Origin: an uncultured delta proteobacterium
Lineage (GTDB): Bacteria; Myxococcota_A; UBA9160; UBA4427
Length of the DNA stretch: 64,000 bases
Direction: 5' to 3'
Assembly (NCBI GenBank): GCA_963822965.1
Contig: CAWGJT010000014.1
Span: forward strand, 416,001 to 480,000
This document shows, piece after piece, positions 60,982 to 64,000 of this stretch; the first letter of the stretch is position 1, and every line of letters begins with the position of its first letter. Position numbers and translations under genes: made by a program. The notes under the pieces were generated by a model. The model was not told the DNA's origin. It saw only the letters and a program-made list of their open reading frames with translations, and ran no database searches.

Positions 60982-62235
60982 ATGGCCGACCCGGGAGGTC
61001 CGGCGGCGCGCTACGACGTGGTCGTGATCGGTGCCGGGCCGGCGGGCACCACCACGGCCGCCCTGCTCGAGGCGGCCGGTCTCGACGTGGCGATCTTCGA
61101 GCGCAGCCGCTTTCCGCGCTTCTCCATCGGCGAGAGCCTGCTGCCCATCTGCAACGAGATTCTCCGGGAAGCCAAGCTCTTCGATCTCGTCGAGGCCCAG
61201 GGCTACCAGGTGAAGAGCGGCGCGGTCTTCGTGCGCGGGGACGAGCGCTGCGAGTTCGACTTCGCGCGCCAGTTCGGCGACGGTGAGACCTGGACCTGGC
61301 AGGTTCCCCGGGCGGACTTCGACGCGGTGCTCGCCGAGGGAGTGTCCGAGCGGGGCGTTTCCATCTTCTTCGAGCATGCGGTCACCGCGGTGCAGGTGGG
61401 TGCCGCCCCGAGGCTGAGCGTCCGGCGCGCGGACGGCGTCGGGCACGAGGTCGACGCCCGCTTCGTCGTCGACGCCAGCGGCTTCGGACGGACCCTCCCC
61501 CGGCTGCTCGACCTGGAGGAGCCGTCGGACCAGCCCGTCCGCCAGGCGATCTTCAGCCACGTGCGCGGCGACCGGCGCCCGGAAGGGCCCAACGCCGGCC
61601 GCATCTTCGTGATGATCCACCGCCGGGACGTCTGGATCTGGATCATCCCGTTCTCCGACGGCCGCACGTCCGTCGGCGTGGTCGCGCCGCCCGACTGGTT
61701 CGAGTCGCTGCCGGAGGATCCCACCGAGCGGCTTCGCGCCGCCCTCGCGGCGGAGCCGGCGGCACAGGAGCGCCTCGGCGACGCGGAGCTCCTCTTCGAG
61801 CCGCGCAGCCTGGTGGGCTACTCGGCCGCGGCCCGGCAGCTCTTCGGAGACGGCTACTGCCTCGTGGGAAACGCCACCGAGTTCCTCGATCCGGTGCTCT
61901 CGTCGGGGGTCGCGCTCGCCCTCTCGTCCGCCCGCCGGGCGTCGCAGACGATCGTCCGCCAGCTCGAGGGCGAGACGGTTGACTGGCAGGCCGACTACAG
62001 CGACTACATGGAGCGTGGGATCGACACCTTCCGCACGTTCGTGAACGCGTGGTACGACGGCAGCTTCCACGAGATCTGCTTCGCGCGGCCGGAGAACGAG
62101 CAGTTCAAAGCCATGATCTGCGCGGCGCTGGCGGGCTACGTGTGGAACCGGGAGAACCCCTTCGTCCGCGAGCACAAGCGCAAGCTGAAGCAGCTGCTGC
62201 GGCTCGTCCGCGCGGGCGGCGCGAGCGCGGGCTGA
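60982..62235 (+). CDS. FAD-dependent oxidoreductase, flavin-dependent halogenase-like family
   Basis: GAGPAG, FPRFSIGESLLP, YQVKSGA, QVPRADFD, WIWIIPF (WxWxIP), FLDPVLSSGV. Confidence 0.85.
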   Translation: MADPGGPAARYDVVVIGAGPAGTTTAALLEAAGLDVAIFERSRFPRFSIGESLLPICNEILREAKLFDLVEAQGYQVKSGAVFVRGDERCEFDFARQFGDGETWTWQVPRADFDAVLAEGVSERGVSIFFEHAVTAVQVGAAPRLSVRRADGVGHEVDARFVVDASGFGRTLPRLLDLEEPSDQPVRQAIFSHVRGDRRPEGPNAGRIFVMIHRRDVWIWIIPFSDGRTSVGVVAPPDWFESLPEDPTERLRAALAAEPAAQERLGDAELLFEPRSLVGYSAAARQLFGDGYCLVGNATEFLDPVLSSGVALALSSARRASQTIVRQLEGETVDWQADYSDYMERGIDTFRTFVNAWYDGSFHEICFARPENEQFKAMICAALAGYVWNRENPFVREHKRKLKQLLRLVRAGGASAG

Positions 62236-62396
62236 TCGAGCTCCCCGGGACATCGGGCTCCCCCCGGGTCGGCGGCGCTGGCGTGACACAGTCCGTCGAC
62301 GGGTCCAGCTGCTTTCCGATTGCCTCCCTGCCGTGTCGCGTGATAGATAGAAGGAGGAAGGAAGCGACTGGAGCGTGGATGCGGCTGCCGGATCCC

Positions 62397-62686
62397 GATC
62401 TCGCGAGACCTTCCATCTCGTTCGCGTCGTGCGTCCGCGGGCTGGCGCTCTCCTTCGTCCACGAGCTGCTGCTCGGACCGGGAGCGTATATCTCCTCTAT
62501 GCCGGTGCGGGAACCGCGGACTCCGGCGGCTCCGCGTCGTACGACATCCAGCTCACCGTGCCGGAGCCCGGCACGGGTTTGCAGCTGGCGCTGGCGCTCA
62601 TCACCTGGCTGGCGGGGGCCCGGAAGCGGCGTTCCCGGTCGGCTCCGAGCGGTCGGGTCCGTCTGGCCGACGCTCACCAGCGGTGA
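62397..62686 (+). pseudogene. Remnant or very short PEP-CTERM protein
   Basis: ...SYDIQLTVPEPGTGLQLALALITWLAGARKRR at 62540-62635; no signal peptide or clean start upstream. Confidence 0.5.
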
Positions 62687-63777
62687 GCGAACTCCTCCGC
62701 CCAGCCGGGCAGGTCGCGCACGGCGAGCTCGCGACCGGCGAATCGCACGACTCCGTTCCACAGCCCCCACACGCAGGTGCCGCCGCTCGAGAGCGGCCCG
62801 AGCCGCATGCCCGAGGTGTGCTCGTAGAAGGGCTCGAGGGTGAGGTCGATGGTGGGGGTGACCGTGCTGCGGATGCGCCAGGGCTTCATCCAGTCCGCCG
62901 GGTCGTAGTCCCACTCGAGGTCTTCCATGACCTTGTAGAGGCGCCCCGCGTGGCAGATCCCGTTCTCGTTGGCGCCCGTGCCGGTGGTCCAGCGGTCGCC
63001 CATGTTGATGCCGAGCAGCTCGCCCTCGACCTCGCCGGTGGCCACCGCCCAGTTCCAGCACGCGCGGTGGGGCCAGACCCCGCGTCCCCAGTCCTGCACG
63101 GCGTGGCACTCGTCCGGACGCAGCGCGTAGCGCCGCTCTCCGACCTGCACCTCCCCCTCGCACGGCAGGGTGTTGTGCTTCGAGTTCAGCTGGAAGCGCG
63201 TGGCCGTCCAGGGCACCACCACGTTGAGGCTCTCGTGGCCGGCCGGCCGGTGGACCCGGAAGTCGGCGCGCACGGCCTCGCCGCCGGCGCCCGTTCCCCG
63301 GAAGCGCACGTCGAGGTCGCCGCCCTCGTTCGCGACGAGCAGGCTCGCCTTCGGGCTCTCCCAGGCCAGGGTGCGCTCCACCTCCTCGGGCAGCGACGCG
63401 TGGCCGGGGCGCCGCAGGTCCGTGGCCTCGACCCGCTCCCCCCGCTCGAAGTCCACGTGGAAGAAGGCGCAGAAGGACGCGTAGTCGAGGTCGGCCACGG
63501 TCAGCGAGAAGACGAACCGCCGGGACAGGAAGCTCCAGAAGTTCCAGCGCTTCTTGCGCAGCCAGTGCCCGTGCAGGTTCGCGCGCACCAGCGGAAGCCG
63601 CGACCAGCCCCGAGCGGCGGGCAACAGGTGTCCCCGCGCGTCGCACAGGTCGGTGGGGCTCGTGAGCTCGCGCTCGTCGTAGACCCGAGGCGGCTCGCGA
63701 CCCGCGAGCGCGCGGACCAGGATGGGGAGGTGGCGCGGCAGGGGGGTCTTCCTGTGCCGACTCGTCGGACTCGTCAC
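62674..63777 (-). CDS. DUF2804-family protein
   Basis: GWSRLP, RKKRWNFW, LNVVVPW, DWGRGVWP, WNWA, NENG, MKPWRI; GTG overlaps upstream TGA (start approximate). Confidence 0.8.
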   Translation of the reverse strand: MTSPTSRHRKTPLPRHLPILVRALAGREPPRVYDERELTSPTDLCDARGHLLPAARGWSRLPLVRANLHGHWLRKKRWNFWSFLSRRFVFSLTVADLDYASFCAFFHVDFERGERVEATDLRRPGHASLPEEVERTLAWESPKASLLVANEGGDLDVRFRGTGAGGEAVRADFRVHRPAGHESLNVVVPWTATRFQLNSKHNTLPCEGEVQVGERRYALRPDECHAVQDWGRGVWPHRACWNWAVATGEVEGELLGINMGDRWTTGTGANENGICHAGRLYKVMEDLEWDYDPADWMKPWRIRSTVTPTIDLTLEPFYEHTSGMRLGPLSSGGTCVWGLWNGVVRFAGRELAVRDLPGWAEEFAHRW

Positions 63778-64000
63778 GACGCCCGTCGCAGGGCGCGCGT
63801 CCCCCGCCGCAGCCAGCCCACGCCGTCGTCCACGAGCGTGTACGCGACGGGCACGACCAGCAGCGTGAGGAGTGTCGAGGTCAGCAGCCCGCCGATCGCG
63901 ATCAGGCCCATGGGGTTGCGCCACTCGGACCCGTCCCCGGTTCCGAAGGCCACGGGCAGCATGCCGAAGATGGTGGACACGGCGGTCATCAGGACCGGCC
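63774..64000 (-). CDS. Efflux RND permease (AcrB family), 3' end only
   Basis: RPVLMTAVSTIFGMLPVA...PMGLIAIGGLLTSTLLTLLVVPVAY. Confidence 0.9.
   Translation of the reverse strand, partial: PVLMTAVSTIFGMLPVAFGTGDGSEWRNPMGLIAIGGLLTSTLLTLLVVPVAYTLVDDGVGWLRRGTRALRRAS

Noticed and set aside
58024..62289. 1421-aa minus-strand ORF, and similar long ORFs such as 4544-7573, 18055-20718, 52606-55410 and 42888-45284
   Set aside because: Antisense or off-frame shadows of recognisable genes; Arg/Pro/Ala-rich with no motifs, as expected at this GC content

Overview
A very GC-rich (~70% by eye), gene-dense bacterial window with no rRNA, tRNA, CRISPR array, transposase or phage genes that I can see. The gene content fits a diderm heterotroph that degrades hydrophobic compounds; a Myxococcota/deltaproteobacterial-type genome is my inference only. 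At least nine ORFs are broken by single-base frameshifts, clustered at 9.2-9.5, 13.2, 20.8-23.6, 27.2-28.5, 30.4-31.8 and 37.0-37.9 kb, most simply explained as long-read consensus errors. Main blocks: (1) a split pqiA/pqiA plus 3-MCE pqiB lipid transport operon with no pqiC; (2) catabolic enzymes (two Baeyer-Villiger-type flavin monooxygenases, esterase, EchA19-like hydratase, thiolase-like protein, SDR, Zn-ADH, GMC oxidoreductase with a Tat-exported small subunit, arylsulfotransferase); (3) hflX plus an ABC-F ATPase; (4) a ~1010-aa beta-propeller + diheme cytochrome c + TSP3 + PEP-CTERM surface protein beside a GT2/GT-C/methyltransferase cluster; (5) a styrene-oxide-isomerase-like gene coupled to an FAD monooxygenase, divergent from a PQQ dehydrogenase with the lanthanide-type D-Y-D motif and a CX3CH cytochrome c; (6) a DUF1302/DUF1329/YCF48/MMPL envelope transport system whose MMPL carries coiled-coil and helix-hairpin-helix insertions and runs on into lipoproteins, a TonB-anchor-like VWA protein and a TPR protein. 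Block 6 is my best candidate for an undescribed system. Non-coding structure includes a 198-bp CTAG-bounded MITE-like element, a 20-bp tandem array over a TetR stop codon, and a diverged ~200-bp duplication. All family assignments come from motif recognition by eye; no database searches were run.
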